A stretch of DNA of 39,778 nucleotides from Verrucomicrobiales bacterium (GCA_046075565.1 JBJTQJ010000003.1:1-39778); one strand, 5' to 3'. Shown: positions 27,213-36,015, counted from the stretch's first letter. A program made the numbers and translations. Notes: generated from the sequence alone by a model not told the origin.

Positions 27213-27307
27213 ACCTGTAGCGGCGTGTCTATGACCGTCGGTAGCTTTCCGGCAATCGACGCTCCACCTCCAAACAAGTCCGACGGTCACAGACCGACGC
27301 TACAGGT
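27213..27307. repeat. REPIN-like inverted pair of GTAG-type REP sequences
   Basis: acctGTAGcggcgtgtctatgaccgtcgg ... ccgacggtcacagaccgacgCTACaggt. Confidence 0.85.
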
Positions 27308-27375
27308 TTTTCAAATGGGCTGCCGCCCAGCCGCTTCTCCATCTTTTTGTCGAAATCCTTGAAATTAATTCTGAC

Positions 27376-27515
27376 ATGAGGAAAGCAGGAAGGCAGGAAA
27401 TGGATTGAGGATCAGGGAGATCCGAAGCAAGCATCCATCACCCTATTGGTTAGGACCTGGGTCTTCCTTTTGTCCTGTAATTTAAAGGATTTTCCTGCTT
27501 TCCTGCCTTCCTCAT
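27376..27515. repeat. Inverted 8-mer arrays (AGGAARGC) enclosing about 90 bp
   Basis: atgaggaaagcaggaaggcaggaaa (27376-27400) versus the reverse complement of 27491-27515; 23/25 match. Confidence 0.9.
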
Positions 27516-27566
27516 TTTCCCTTCCAGGGTAAGACCTTGCGCGGTGCTTCGCGCTCACCAGGGGCG

Positions 27567-27767
27567 TCACCTTCTCGCCACATGACAGCAATGGATCGAT
27601 GAAGTCCTCCTCCGTGCAAAACCCGAGAGCAGGGTCAAATCGGCATCACGGGTCATGCGGGGTTCCCCCCAGCGCTGGACAGCGAGCCCACCAATGAAAC
27701 AAAACCGCCAGCCCCGTTGTTCACAGAACCGCTGCAAATCGAGAGCTGCGGCGAAGATGGAATTCAT
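27567..27767 (-). pseudogene. Truncated nucleotidyltransferase (AbiEii/DUF6036-like) N-terminus
   Basis: FCFIGGLAVQRWGEPRMTRDADL motif; after SGF the plausible continuation (TEEDFIDPLLS) is in another frame and then runs into repeat DNA. Confidence 0.75.
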
Positions 27768-27961
27768 TGCCGGCTACCGTAAAGGATACTCTGGAGCTCG
27801 ATGAGGCCAAGGGAACACTCCTTCTCCGCCGGATACTGGGCATCGACAGACATCGCCAGGAGCCTGTCCGCGGCAACAAGCGCGTCGGCCTCGGTCATAT
27901 CCCGCAACTCGGCACGCCACTGTAGATCCAGGGCGATGACGGAATCTTGATCAATCATCAT
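27764..27961 (-). CDS. Small hypothetical protein translationally coupled to the nucleotidyltransferase (possible antitoxin partner)
   Basis: 65 aa; ATGA overlap; preceded by TTGACG-N17-CAGTTT-N6-ATG. Confidence 0.65.
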   Translation of the reverse strand: MMIDQDSVIALDLQWRAELRDMTEADALVAADRLLAMSVDAQYPAEKECSLGLIELQSILYGSRQ

Positions 27962-28033
27962 GCGTGCAAACTGCCCCCGGCGACCGACCGCGTCAAGACG
28001 AGCGAAAGAGCTTCAGCGCCGCTGTGGAGGAGA

Positions 28034-28214
28034 GGTTGTCTGTTGTCAGTTGTCTGTTCCTGCCCCGACAAAGTCGGAGTTGTCGGTGGGTCGCATCGTG
28101 GCGCTTCGCGCCCACATCAAGCTCATTGGACCCCCGTAAATCGGGGCTGCGCAACATCCAACAGACAACTCCCCTCAAGCTCTACGGACAACCGACAACA
28201 GACAACAGACAACC
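28034..28214. repeat. Inverted heptamer arrays (NGTTGTC / GACAACN) with embedded CCCCGACAAAGTCGG hairpin
   Basis: ggttgtc tgttgtc agttgtc (28034-28054) versus gacaacc gacaaca gacaaca gacaacc (28187-28214). Confidence 0.9.
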
Positions 28215-28230
28215 CTCTCCTCATCATCTT

Positions 28231-28887
28231 CTACCAACTCCACACCCCATACACGAGCAGATTGTGCAAAGCCGCCAGGCGCTCGCGCCGCCAGCTACCC
28301 TTGTCTCACGGATTCATGGTCTCCGGCTTCGGCGCAAACGACACCACAAATTCCCGCCCCGGCTGGTACTTCCGGAAAATGGCCAACGACCTCGGGACAT
28401 GAAACCAGTTTGTGACCAGTATCACCCGCTTCGCCCCGATTTTATCCAGCATCGGTATGGTGAAACGCGCGTTCTCTACCGTCGAGGTCGCCGCCTTCTC
28501 ATGGAGCACGCGCTCCTTCGGTATCCCATGCTTCTCCAAATATCCAACGATATGGTTCTCGTCTCCCGTCACAACCACCGGGATCCCGGGATAGCGCTTC
28601 GCCATCTCCACCCCCCGGGCCCAGCGCACCTGATCTCCACCCCCCAGAATCACCAGCGCGTCAGCATCGGCGAAAAGTGGGCCTTGCACGGGATCCGGCC
28701 ATCCACCCCACCAGACCCATGAGGCCAGCGAGGCTATTAGCACAGTTGCGATGCCTAAAGCGCGGCAAAGAAGTCTATTTCTGCGAAGGAGAAACCAGCA
28801 GGTGTGCAAGCGGGCCAGCGGTGACACGAAAATTTTGGGAAAGAGCAGAGGGTTTCCCTCACCATCTGTTGGTTGTTTCAACCCCAT
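28231..28887 (-). pseudogene. YdcF/ElyC (DUF218) family protein, paralog 1, with in-frame TGA at 28306-28308
   Basis: DALVILGGG, ATSTVENA and ILVTNWFHVPRS motifs; the frame continues past TGA as DKGSWRRERLAALHNLLVYGVWSW-TAG, matching paralog 2; start uncertain. Confidence 0.8.
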
Positions 28888-29116
28888 AGCACGACATCGG
28901 CACGGTTAAGGATAATCGCAATAAATTTTCGGACGACGCTAGAGATCAAAATTTGAGCGCCCTGTAGCCGACTAATAGCAGATGCCTTCCTTCCTGCATC
29001 CGATTTCGCTGAACTGCTTTGTCAAAAACAAGGCGCGCCTCCAGGGCGCGCCAATGCAAGGCCTAACAATGTCCAGCAAGAAAGCCCCTGCCTTGGAGCA
29101 CTACAAGATTGTGCAT

Positions 29117-30904
29117 TCAGATTACTTCTCCAGGCCTTAGTTTTACCCGCTTTCGCCACTTCTCCGGGAAGTCATCGCTGTGGCGGTCGATGACGTGACG
29201 GCCAAGCACCAACACATCCATGTCGGTGCGCAGGAAACACGATATCGCCTCCTTCGGAATCCGCACCACCGGCTCATTTTCATTGAGCGAGGTGTTCAGG
29301 ATGATCGGCACGCCGGTCTTCTCGTAAAACTTCGTGATGAGAGCGTGATAGCGCGGGTTGGTCCGTTTCGAGACACTCTGCAGACGTCCGCTGCCATCCA
29401 CGTGCGTTACCGCCGGGATCAACGCGTGTTTCTCCTTTTTGATCGGAAAGACCTTTTCCATATACGGGGTCGGCTCGTCGATCTCAAACCATTCGCCCAC
29501 CTGTTCCTCCAGGATGCTGGGGGCGAACGGACGGAATTTCTCGCGGAACTTGATCCGGAGGTTGATGATGTCGCGCATGTCGGTGCGACGCGGGTCGGCT
29601 ATGAGCGAGCGATTCCCCAACGCCCGCGCGCCAAACTCCATTTTCCCCTGGAACCAGCCAACTACCTTCCCTTCGAGCAGCTTTTCGACGGTGCGGCTGA
29701 GCAACATGTCCTCATCCAGGGTTTCGCACGGCAACCCAGCCTCCCGGATGGAGGCCAAACACTCATCATTGCCTGATTCGCATCCCCAATAGGCATGATC
29801 CTGGACAAATCCGCGCGAGCCTCCCAACACCTTGTTCCAGACGTGGAAAGCCGCACCGAACGATGTGCCGTTGTCAGCGGCACCTGCCGGGATATAGACG
29901 TTCTGGAACGGCGTGCGGCTCGTGATCTTGCCATTCGCCACTGAGTTCATCGCCACCCCCCCGGTCATGCACAGATTCGGGCACTTTGTCTTGTCGTGCA
30001 GCCGGTTCAGCAAATGGAGGATGATCTCTTCGGTTACCACCTGAAGGGACTTCGCGATATTGTCATGCCGCTGCGTCATTTCCTCCCCCTTGAGCCTCAT
30101 CGGCCCCAAATCGTCAACCAGCTTCCGGCTGTGGAACGGCTCCACCACTGGCGCCCCGTCGTTCCAGCTCATCTTTATCCCCTGCTTGTGGTGGGTGAAA
30201 TAATCCAGGTTCAGCTCGAACACATCCCCTTTCGGCCGAATGAGCTTGCGGAAAAAGTCTGCGAACTCCGGTTCGCCATAGGGAGCGAGCCCCATCACCT
30301 TGTATTCGTCGCCGGAATATGGGAACCCGAGATACATCGTGATCGCGCTGTAGAGGAACCCGATCGAATGCGGGAACCAGACGCGGTTGAATTCCCGCCA
30401 GTTTGTGCCTTTCGCATGTGCGGTCAGCGTGCTGGTAAAGTCGCCCATGCCATCCACGGAAAGGACCGCTGCCTCATCAAACGGCGAAATCAGGAATCCG
30501 GCCGCCACATGCGTCTGGTGGTGCTCGATCCGGTGGAACCTAGCTTTAAGGGCTTGGGGAGGGCATTGCACCGCCAAGGCGAATTGTTCCTCCAGACCCA
30601 ACGTCTTGCCCTGCCGCTTCAAGCGATCGACGATGGCCCGTAGCGATGGTCTGTTCTTCGCGACAAAAGCGATCCGCTTGCCAATGTTCGCCCGCGGATC
30701 GAAAGAAATCGCCACATGGTCGAGAGCCTCCGGCTTGACTCCGCCCTCGGCAAGACACCAGCGAATCGACTCCGCGGGAAACCCGGCCCAGTGCTTGATC
30801 CGGTTGAAGCGTTCCTCCTCGACAGCGGCAACGAGCTGGCCGTCAATTACAAGCGCCGCCGAAGCGTCACCGTGATAAGCGTTGATTCCAAGAATTGTGG
30901 TCAT
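29117..30904 (-). CDS. Carbamoyltransferase (NodU/CmcH family)
   Basis: ILGINAYHGDASAAL, EEERFNRIKH, EHHQTH, DGMGD, EYKVMGLAPYG, GGVAMNS, EFGARALGNRS, THVDGSGR and NTSLN motifs. Confidence 0.96.
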   Translation of the reverse strand: MTTILGINAYHGDASAALVIDGQLVAAVEEERFNRIKHWAGFPAESIRWCLAEGGVKPEALDHVAISFDPRANIGKRIAFVAKNRPSLRAIVDRLKRQGKTLGLEEQFALAVQCPPQALKARFHRIEHHQTHVAAGFLISPFDEAAVLSVDGMGDFTSTLTAHAKGTNWREFNRVWFPHSIGFLYSAITMYLGFPYSGDEYKVMGLAPYGEPEFADFFRKLIRPKGDVFELNLDYFTHHKQGIKMSWNDGAPVVEPFHSRKLVDDLGPMRLKGEEMTQRHDNIAKSLQVVTEEIILHLLNRLHDKTKCPNLCMTGGVAMNSVANGKITSRTPFQNVYIPAGAADNGTSFGAAFHVWNKVLGGSRGFVQDHAYWGCESGNDECLASIREAGLPCETLDEDMLLSRTVEKLLEGKVVGWFQGKMEFGARALGNRSLIADPRRTDMRDIINLRIKFREKFRPFAPSILEEQVGEWFEIDEPTPYMEKVFPIKKEKHALIPAVTHVDGSGRLQSVSKRTNPRYHALITKFYEKTGVPIILNTSLNENEPVVRIPKEAISCFLRTDMDVLVLGRHVIDRHSDDFPEKWRKRVKLRPGEVI

Positions 30905-31029
30905 GAGAGTTTGAATGGATTCTGAGTATTAACTTTTGAGATAGTAGATGAGATATGAATTGGGCTACGCCGGGCTTTTCGGGAGAAAAGCCGAACAACA
31001 AGAGCGTTTGCGGGGCATTTGCTTACCAC

Positions 31030-31608
31030 CTACCAGCTAAACATGCCGTAGACAAACAGATTATGAACCGCCGCGAGCCGCTCTCTCCTCAACGCCGCTC
31101 TACTCGACTTGTCATACGGATCAGGCCCTGTGGAAAACGACACGACAAAATCCCGACCGGGCTGGCACTTCCTGAATATGGCCAATGATCTCGGGGCATG
31201 ATACCAGTTCGTCACCAGAATCACCCGTTTTGCACCGATCCGCTCCAACACCGGTTTAGTGAAGAGCGCATTCTCCATAGTCGAGGTCGCCTCGTTCTCG
31301 TGCAGGACCCGCTCCTTCGGCACCCCATGCTTGTATAGATATCCGACGAGATGATTCTCATCTCCCGTCACTATCAACGGGAGCGCGGGATAGCGCCGTG
31401 CCATCTCCAAGGCCTGGTCCCAGCGGGCATAATCCCCTCCCCCCAGAATGACCACCGCGTCCGCATCGGCGAAAAGAGGCTCCTGCTCGGGTTCCGGCCA
31501 TCCTCCCCACCAGACCCAGGAGGCAAGCAAAGCGAGCAATAGCACGGACACCCCGAGGCTCAAGACAAGGAATCGGTGTTTGCGTAGATATTTCCGACAA
31601 GCTTGCAC
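31030..31608 (-). CDS. YdcF/ElyC (DUF218) family protein, paralog 2
   Basis: N-terminal TM, DAVVILGGG, ATSTMENA, ILVTNWYHAPRS and RRERLA; likely GTG start at 31608 just after an upstream TAA. Confidence 0.88.
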   Translation of the reverse strand: MQACRKYLRKHRFLVLSLGVSVLLLALLASWVWWGGWPEPEQEPLFADADAVVILGGGDYARWDQALEMARRYPALPLIVTGDENHLVGYLYKHGVPKERVLHENEATSTMENALFTKPVLERIGAKRVILVTNWYHAPRSLAIFRKCQPGRDFVVSFSTGPDPYDKSSRAALRRERLAAVHNLFVYGMFSW

Positions 31609-31609
31609 C

Positions 31610-31768
31610 TTAATCGCGGGTGACAAAGGATTTCGTGACACTCGGATCAATATACCGCCGAACCCGATTGGTGTTGCGCTCGAAAAGCCACCACATTCCG
31701 GCGGAAAGAACGAGCATGGCAACGCCTAGACCAACGAACCAAAAATAGCCGCCGGCCGCAGCGGGGAA
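31610..31768 (-). pseudogene. C-terminal remnant of an acyltransferase-3 family membrane protein
   Basis: FPAAAGGYFWFVGLGVAMLVLSAGMWWLFERNTNRVRRYI..TAA; WWLFER resembles the AT3 terminal motif; no N-terminus. Confidence 0.6.
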
Positions 31769-32157
31769 CTGTCGCCGATCTCGATCGGTTTCGTGATCAA
31801 ATCAAATCCAACCTCGCGGAAATCATGGCTGCCCGTGCAGAGGAAGGCCCGCTGGGAGATGCACACGTTGTTGCCAATCCGCACCTGATCCAGACTCAGG
31901 ATCAGCACTTCATCTCCAATCCAAACGTGATTCCCGATCTCCACTTTCCACGGAAAGGTGATATTCACCCGGCTTCGGATCACCACTCCGTTTCCCACCT
32001 TCGCTCCGAAAACACGCAGTGCCGCCACCTTGAGGACCGACGGCAAAGGAAACCAGGGCGCGAAAAGCAGCGACCGGCAGAGCCACCACAGCAACTCCTT
32101 CCAACGCGGCGCCCCGCGCGAAAACCCGGAATTGTTAAACTTGGATAGATCAATCAT
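31726..32157 (-). pseudogene. wcaF: WcaF-like hexapeptide-repeat acetyltransferase, C-terminally truncated
   Basis: DLSKFNNSGFSRG, FGAKVG.GV.I, FPWKVEIGNHVWIG, SQRAFLCTGSHD; similarity stops at KPIEIGD before the final hexapeptide turns. Confidence 0.8.
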
Positions 32158-32180
32158 TGAAGCGAATGACTTGAATATTA

Positions 32181-32398
32181 ACCACAAATGGACACGAATT
32201 CACACGAATAGTCGTGAACAATAAACCAGCCTCTCCGTTCAGCTTTCCGAGAGCCTTAGGCGCCCCATTGTTTGAACGCTTTCCCGTCGATTCGTTCCAT
32301 TCTTCGTGATCATTGGTGTCCATTCGTGGTCATCATCATGGTTCAAGGACTTCTCTTCCATCCGTGCTTATCTGTGCCCATCCGTGGTTAACCTTCAT
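32181..32398. repeat. Inverted 10-mer arrays (ACCAC.AATGGACAC / GTGTCCATTCGTGGT) plus an ATCCGTG..ATCTGTG..ATCCGTGGTT arm
   Basis: 32181-32209 pairs with 32303-32330; 32360-32389 has no local partner. Confidence 0.88.
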
Positions 32399-32401
32399 GA
32401 T

Positions 32402-33589
32402 TCACGGCAGCATCACGCACCCAGGCCACTGGCCTTTGCCAATCATGCATTCATAAACATCCAGAAACTGTCTTGCCACGCCCGTCCATGCGTAGTCCCG
32501 CTGCATCCAACGTCTCCCTCGATCGCCCATTTCCCCGAGTTGTTCCGGTCGAAGCGATGTGGCTTCGCGCAATGCGACGGCCAACTCCGCCGCATTTGTC
32601 GGCGGCCACCACCCACACTGGTGCTCCAACAGTCCCGGCCACGGCGCTCCTTGAGTGGTGATCACCGGCAGACCGTGCGCCAGGGCTTCGGCGATGGCCA
32701 TGCCGAAATTCTCCGTATGGCTCGGAGCAATCAAAAGATCGGCCTCCTGATAGGCTTTTTCGAGCTGCTCACCCTCCATGGGCCCTGCGAACTCAAACTC
32801 CGCTTCAAGTCCGGCCTTCCTGACCAAGTCCACGACCTCCACCCGGTGCCCGGCTTCGTCAGGCCCGACGATCCTCATTTTCCAGCCCTCCGGCCGCACC
32901 CGGGCCCATGCCTCGACCAAAAGGGGAAGCCCTTTCACCGGATAGATCCGGCCCACGAAGAGCGCGGTGCGGTGTTTCGGTGCTTCGGTGTTTCGGTGGC
33001 GCTGCGCAGTCGATGATCCGGTGTGAGAGGTACGGTCGTCGCATCTCTCCTCAACGGTTCGATGTTCAACGTTGAATGTTCGATGTTTGATGTTCGTTCC
33101 GCCCTCTCCTTCTTCCTGAACTCCGCCCTCTGTCCACTGACCTCTGTCTTCCGGGATCTCCACTCCCCACGGGATCATCGCGATCGGCGGCCTGAGCCCC
33201 AGCTTACGCAGGTTCATTGCCTCGCGCTCCGAGGTGGCGTGCAGAGCAGCCGCCATGTCGAGCCACCATTTCTGATAGATGTGCCATGCCAGTTTCTTCT
33301 TCAGCGGCTTGTGAGCCAGAGCCCACGGCTCCAGCATGCCATGCACGGTCACCAGACAAGGCACTCCCCGCTTTCTCCATTCAAAAAACCGGCGCATCAG
33401 CGCCGGAGACCAGATCCCGTGGATATGGGCCAGATCCGGGTTCGCCGCCAGCGACTTCGGCCCGTCCGCAGCGCAGTGGCGGATAACCTCCACTCCCTGC
33501 GCCCCGAGAGCCGTGATCAACCCCAATGTCGCCGCCTCAATGCCTCCCGTCCGTTGCACGGGCAATAGTTCTTCAAATACCACTTTCAT
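32402..33589 (-). CDS. GT4 glycosyltransferase with about 60 aa repeat-derived linker insertion
   Basis: HIHGIW, HGMLEPWAL, ALFVGRIYPVKG and PSHTENFGMAIAEALAHG motifs; insertion at about 32966-33152. Confidence 0.93.
   Translation of the reverse strand: MKVVFEELLPVQRTGGIEAATLGLITALGAQGVEVIRHCAADGPKSLAANPDLAHIHGIWSPALMRRFFEWRKRGVPCLVTVHGMLEPWALAHKPLKKKLAWHIYQKWWLDMAAALHATSEREAMNLRKLGLRPPIAMIPWGVEIPEDRGQWTEGGVQEEGEGGTNIKHRTFNVEHRTVEERCDDRTSHTGSSTAQRHRNTEAPKHRTALFVGRIYPVKGLPLLVEAWARVRPEGWKMRIVGPDEAGHRVEVVDLVRKAGLEAEFEFAGPMEGEQLEKAYQEADLLIAPSHTENFGMAIAEALAHGLPVITTQGAPWPGLLEHQCGWWPPTNAAELAVALREATSLRPEQLGEMGDRGRRWMQRDYAWTGVARQFLDVYECMIGKGQWPGCVMLP
32966..33152. repeat. Intragenic 8-mer and 7-mer arrays
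   Basis: cggtgttt cggtgctt cggtgttt (32970-32993); acggttc gatgttc aacgttg aatgttc gatgttt gatgttc (33054-33095); cctctgt ccactga cctctgt (33127-33147). Confidence 0.9.
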
Positions 33590-35598
33590 TGGTCTGTCCG
33601 CACCGCCCCGGAATCTTCAACTGAATGCAGGGTGGTCTCCTGTGGGCCCGGCTTCAGATTCATCTCCTCGCCCAGCAACATGGGGAGCATGGCCCTGGAA
33701 CCGGAAGCCGTCATGTGATGAGAGTCCCGGTAGAGAATCATACCGTCGGATTCCACACGAAAACACCTGGTCGCATGATCCACAAATAACGAAGCGGGAT
33801 CCAATACCACGCCACCCGCCGCCTGAATCCCCGCCACTAGCGCCTTTGCATCAGCGGGAAACCCATCCCACTCTGTCTCCCGCAAGACGAGTCCGGTAAG
33901 ATTCCGCGACCACAGCTCCATCTGGGCCAGCCCCCGCGGAACATGATACTTCTGATGGGGAACCTGCAACATCACATAAGGCCGGGCACCAGTCGCAACC
34001 ACTTCCCGCACCATACCTACCATTGCATCATCAAACCGTCGGGAGCCTCCCGTCTTGGAATAGTGCTCCCAATAACCCGCAATCAACACGGTCGGCACCC
34101 TCTTGTCTTTGATGTATTCCAACACCGCCCTATTGAACGCGATCTTCTGCTCCGCATCACCGCGTGCGACTTCGTTTTGCACATAGTCCGCAAAAGGTGC
34201 CGTGGCCGACATCGTCGCCATCCGCCCAGCCAGCCCGTTGTCCGCAAGATACTTGTCCACCCCCGGTGCCGCAGCCATCGCGTGGCTGTCTCCCCACAGC
34301 AACAGACTCACTGCTGCCGAGGAGTCGGATTTTCCCAACAACGGCAAATCCCCGGATTTCACGATCTCGGCACTCATCTCAGCGGTCGGGCCCACATCCT
34401 GCATCGCAGATGTGCAGGCCAGCGCGCGCGCCGAGTACCTTGAGGAGAACCCGCCGCCGCCCACAACAATCAGACCCACAACCAGCACGCCCGCAAGCGA
34501 GCCCGCTCCAGCAAGCAGCATCGGCCCCCGCCGCACGCAAAGGGAACGCGTCCGAAAGGGAGTCTCCACATACTTCCACGAGACCACGGCGCAGACGAAT
34601 CCGAGCCCGGTCATCCACAAACGCTCGGCGAGCGAAGGGGGCTGCAACTCCCAATACTTATGGAATGCGAACACCGGCCAATGCCAGAGATACCATGAAT
34701 AGGAAACCAAACCCACGAACACGACCGGCCGGGATGCGAGCATCCGCGCGGCAAGGGGCAAGGGTTCGCCGGAGCTTCCTGGTTTGCACAACCAAATGAA
34801 TACGGCCGTGCCTACACACGGCGGCAGGGCGGCCAATCCCGGAAACGGCGTGGTCTTGTCATAAAGCCAGCATGGCACCAAAATCATTCCCAACGCGGCA
34901 AAAGCCACCCATGAACGGGCCTTGCCCGATACAAACACCTGCCCGCGAGGCAGTATCGCCACCAATGTTCCGCATAACAGCTCCCAAGCGCGGGTCGGCA
35001 GAAGGTAAAAAGTCGCGGAAGCGAACTTGCCCACCCCCACCACGCTCAACGCCAGGCTTCCCAAGAGTCCGATGCCGACTATGGACATCAGCGCGTAGCT
35101 CGAACGAAAATGCCGGAAACGGAACAGCAGGAACAGAACGAACGGAACCACCATGTAAAACTGCTCCTCCACAGCCAGCGACCAGGTGTGCAGCAAGGGC
35201 TTTTCCTCGGCGGCTCCTTGGAAATACCCGGTCTCCCGCCAAAAGTGGATGTTGGCCCCAAACAACGCTTGCCAGACCGCCGATCTACCAAGCGAGGCAT
35301 AATCCGCCGGTGGAAACAGAAACCAACCAGCAAGAAGAACCGTCAGCACCAGCACCGTTGCCGCGGGCAAAATCCGCCGCGCCCGGCGCTCCCAGAACTC
35401 GGAAAAGTGGAATACCCCGTTCTCCAGATCTTTGAGAATCAGCGATGAAATCAGGAATCCGGAAATTACGAAAAACACATCAACCCCGATGAACCCGCCC
35501 GAAACGCCAAGCCCGGCATGGTAAAGCACCACCGAAGTGACAGCCAGAGCCCGGAGTCCGTCGATTTCAGGCCTGTAGCGGAAGTTCTCGATCAACAT
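33586..35598 (-). CDS. O-acyltransferase (acyltransferase-3 plus SGNH domain, OafA/YrhL-like)
   Basis: YRPEIDGLRALAV, GVDVFFVISGFLI, HTWSLAVEEQFY, SYSWYLWHWP, WGDSHA and YRDSHH motifs. Confidence 0.95.
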   Translation of the reverse strand: MLIENFRYRPEIDGLRALAVTSVVLYHAGLGVSGGFIGVDVFFVISGFLISSLILKDLENGVFHFSEFWERRARRILPAATVLVLTVLLAGWFLFPPADYASLGRSAVWQALFGANIHFWRETGYFQGAAEEKPLLHTWSLAVEEQFYMVVPFVLFLLFRFRHFRSSYALMSIVGIGLLGSLALSVVGVGKFASATFYLLPTRAWELLCGTLVAILPRGQVFVSGKARSWVAFAALGMILVPCWLYDKTTPFPGLAALPPCVGTAVFIWLCKPGSSGEPLPLAARMLASRPVVFVGLVSYSWYLWHWPVFAFHKYWELQPPSLAERLWMTGLGFVCAVVSWKYVETPFRTRSLCVRRGPMLLAGAGSLAGVLVVGLIVVGGGGFSSRYSARALACTSAMQDVGPTAEMSAEIVKSGDLPLLGKSDSSAAVSLLLWGDSHAMAAAPGVDKYLADNGLAGRMATMSATAPFADYVQNEVARGDAEQKIAFNRAVLEYIKDKRVPTVLIAGYWEHYSKTGGSRRFDDAMVGMVREVVATGARPYVMLQVPHQKYHVPRGLAQMELWSRNLTGLVLRETEWDGFPADAKALVAGIQAAGGVVLDPASLFVDHATRCFRVESDGMILYRDSHHMTASGSRAMLPMLLGEEMNLKPGPQETTLHSVEDSGAVRTDQ

Positions 35599-35908
35599 AA
35601 AACGGTTTTGAATCCTGTATCCGAATTCTCTGATAATCCCTGATCGCGATGGCCACCAGGGGGCGGGAGAGGAATTTCGGAAAGAATATCAGCGATTTCG
35701 TTAGAAACAGAATGTCTCGTGCATATTGATCATGCTTCCAAGTGGACGGCCAGTATCTTCCGCTTGAGTCTGTAGATCGCCTGTCTCTATTGGATCAAGG
35801 TATCCGCAGGCCGCCGCAGTCACCAACCGGTGATTCTTGCAGACAGCCAAGTCCCTCCACGAATCAATGTTTATGACGTTCTCCTGGAAAACTCTGAAAC
35901 TCTCAAAT

Positions 35909-35995
35909 TCAGTCCCCCACCATATCCTGGCACAAGGCTGCGTATTCCGCCGCAACGCTCGTGGCGGAATAGCAACTCACGTTCTCAAATCCCCT
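35909..35995 (-). pseudogene. Degenerate second copy of a GT4 C-terminus
   Basis: RGFENVSCYSATSVAAEYAALCQDMVGD-TGA aligns with HGFENVKKFSAEAVAMQYAETYLDVVGK-TGA at the end of the 37764-38792 gene. Confidence 0.7.
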
Positions 35996-36015
35996 CTCAC
36001 CTGTATCTGCGCGCT

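Noticed and set aside
26775-27515. CRISPR or tRNA/ncRNA cluster in the long non-coding stretch
   Set aside because: No constant repeat with regular unique spacers and no cloverleaf or T-loop motif seen; better explained as compound inverted short-period repeats.
24893-27961. Classical integron cassette array
   Set aside because: No tyrosine integrase in the window and no convincing attC (RYYYAAC..GTTRRRY) structures identified.
15194-28308. Alternative genetic code suggested by in-frame TAG (15194) and TGA (28306)
   Set aside because: Both codons terminate many intact genes here, including ATGA/GTGA overlaps; isolated nonsense changes or errors are simpler.
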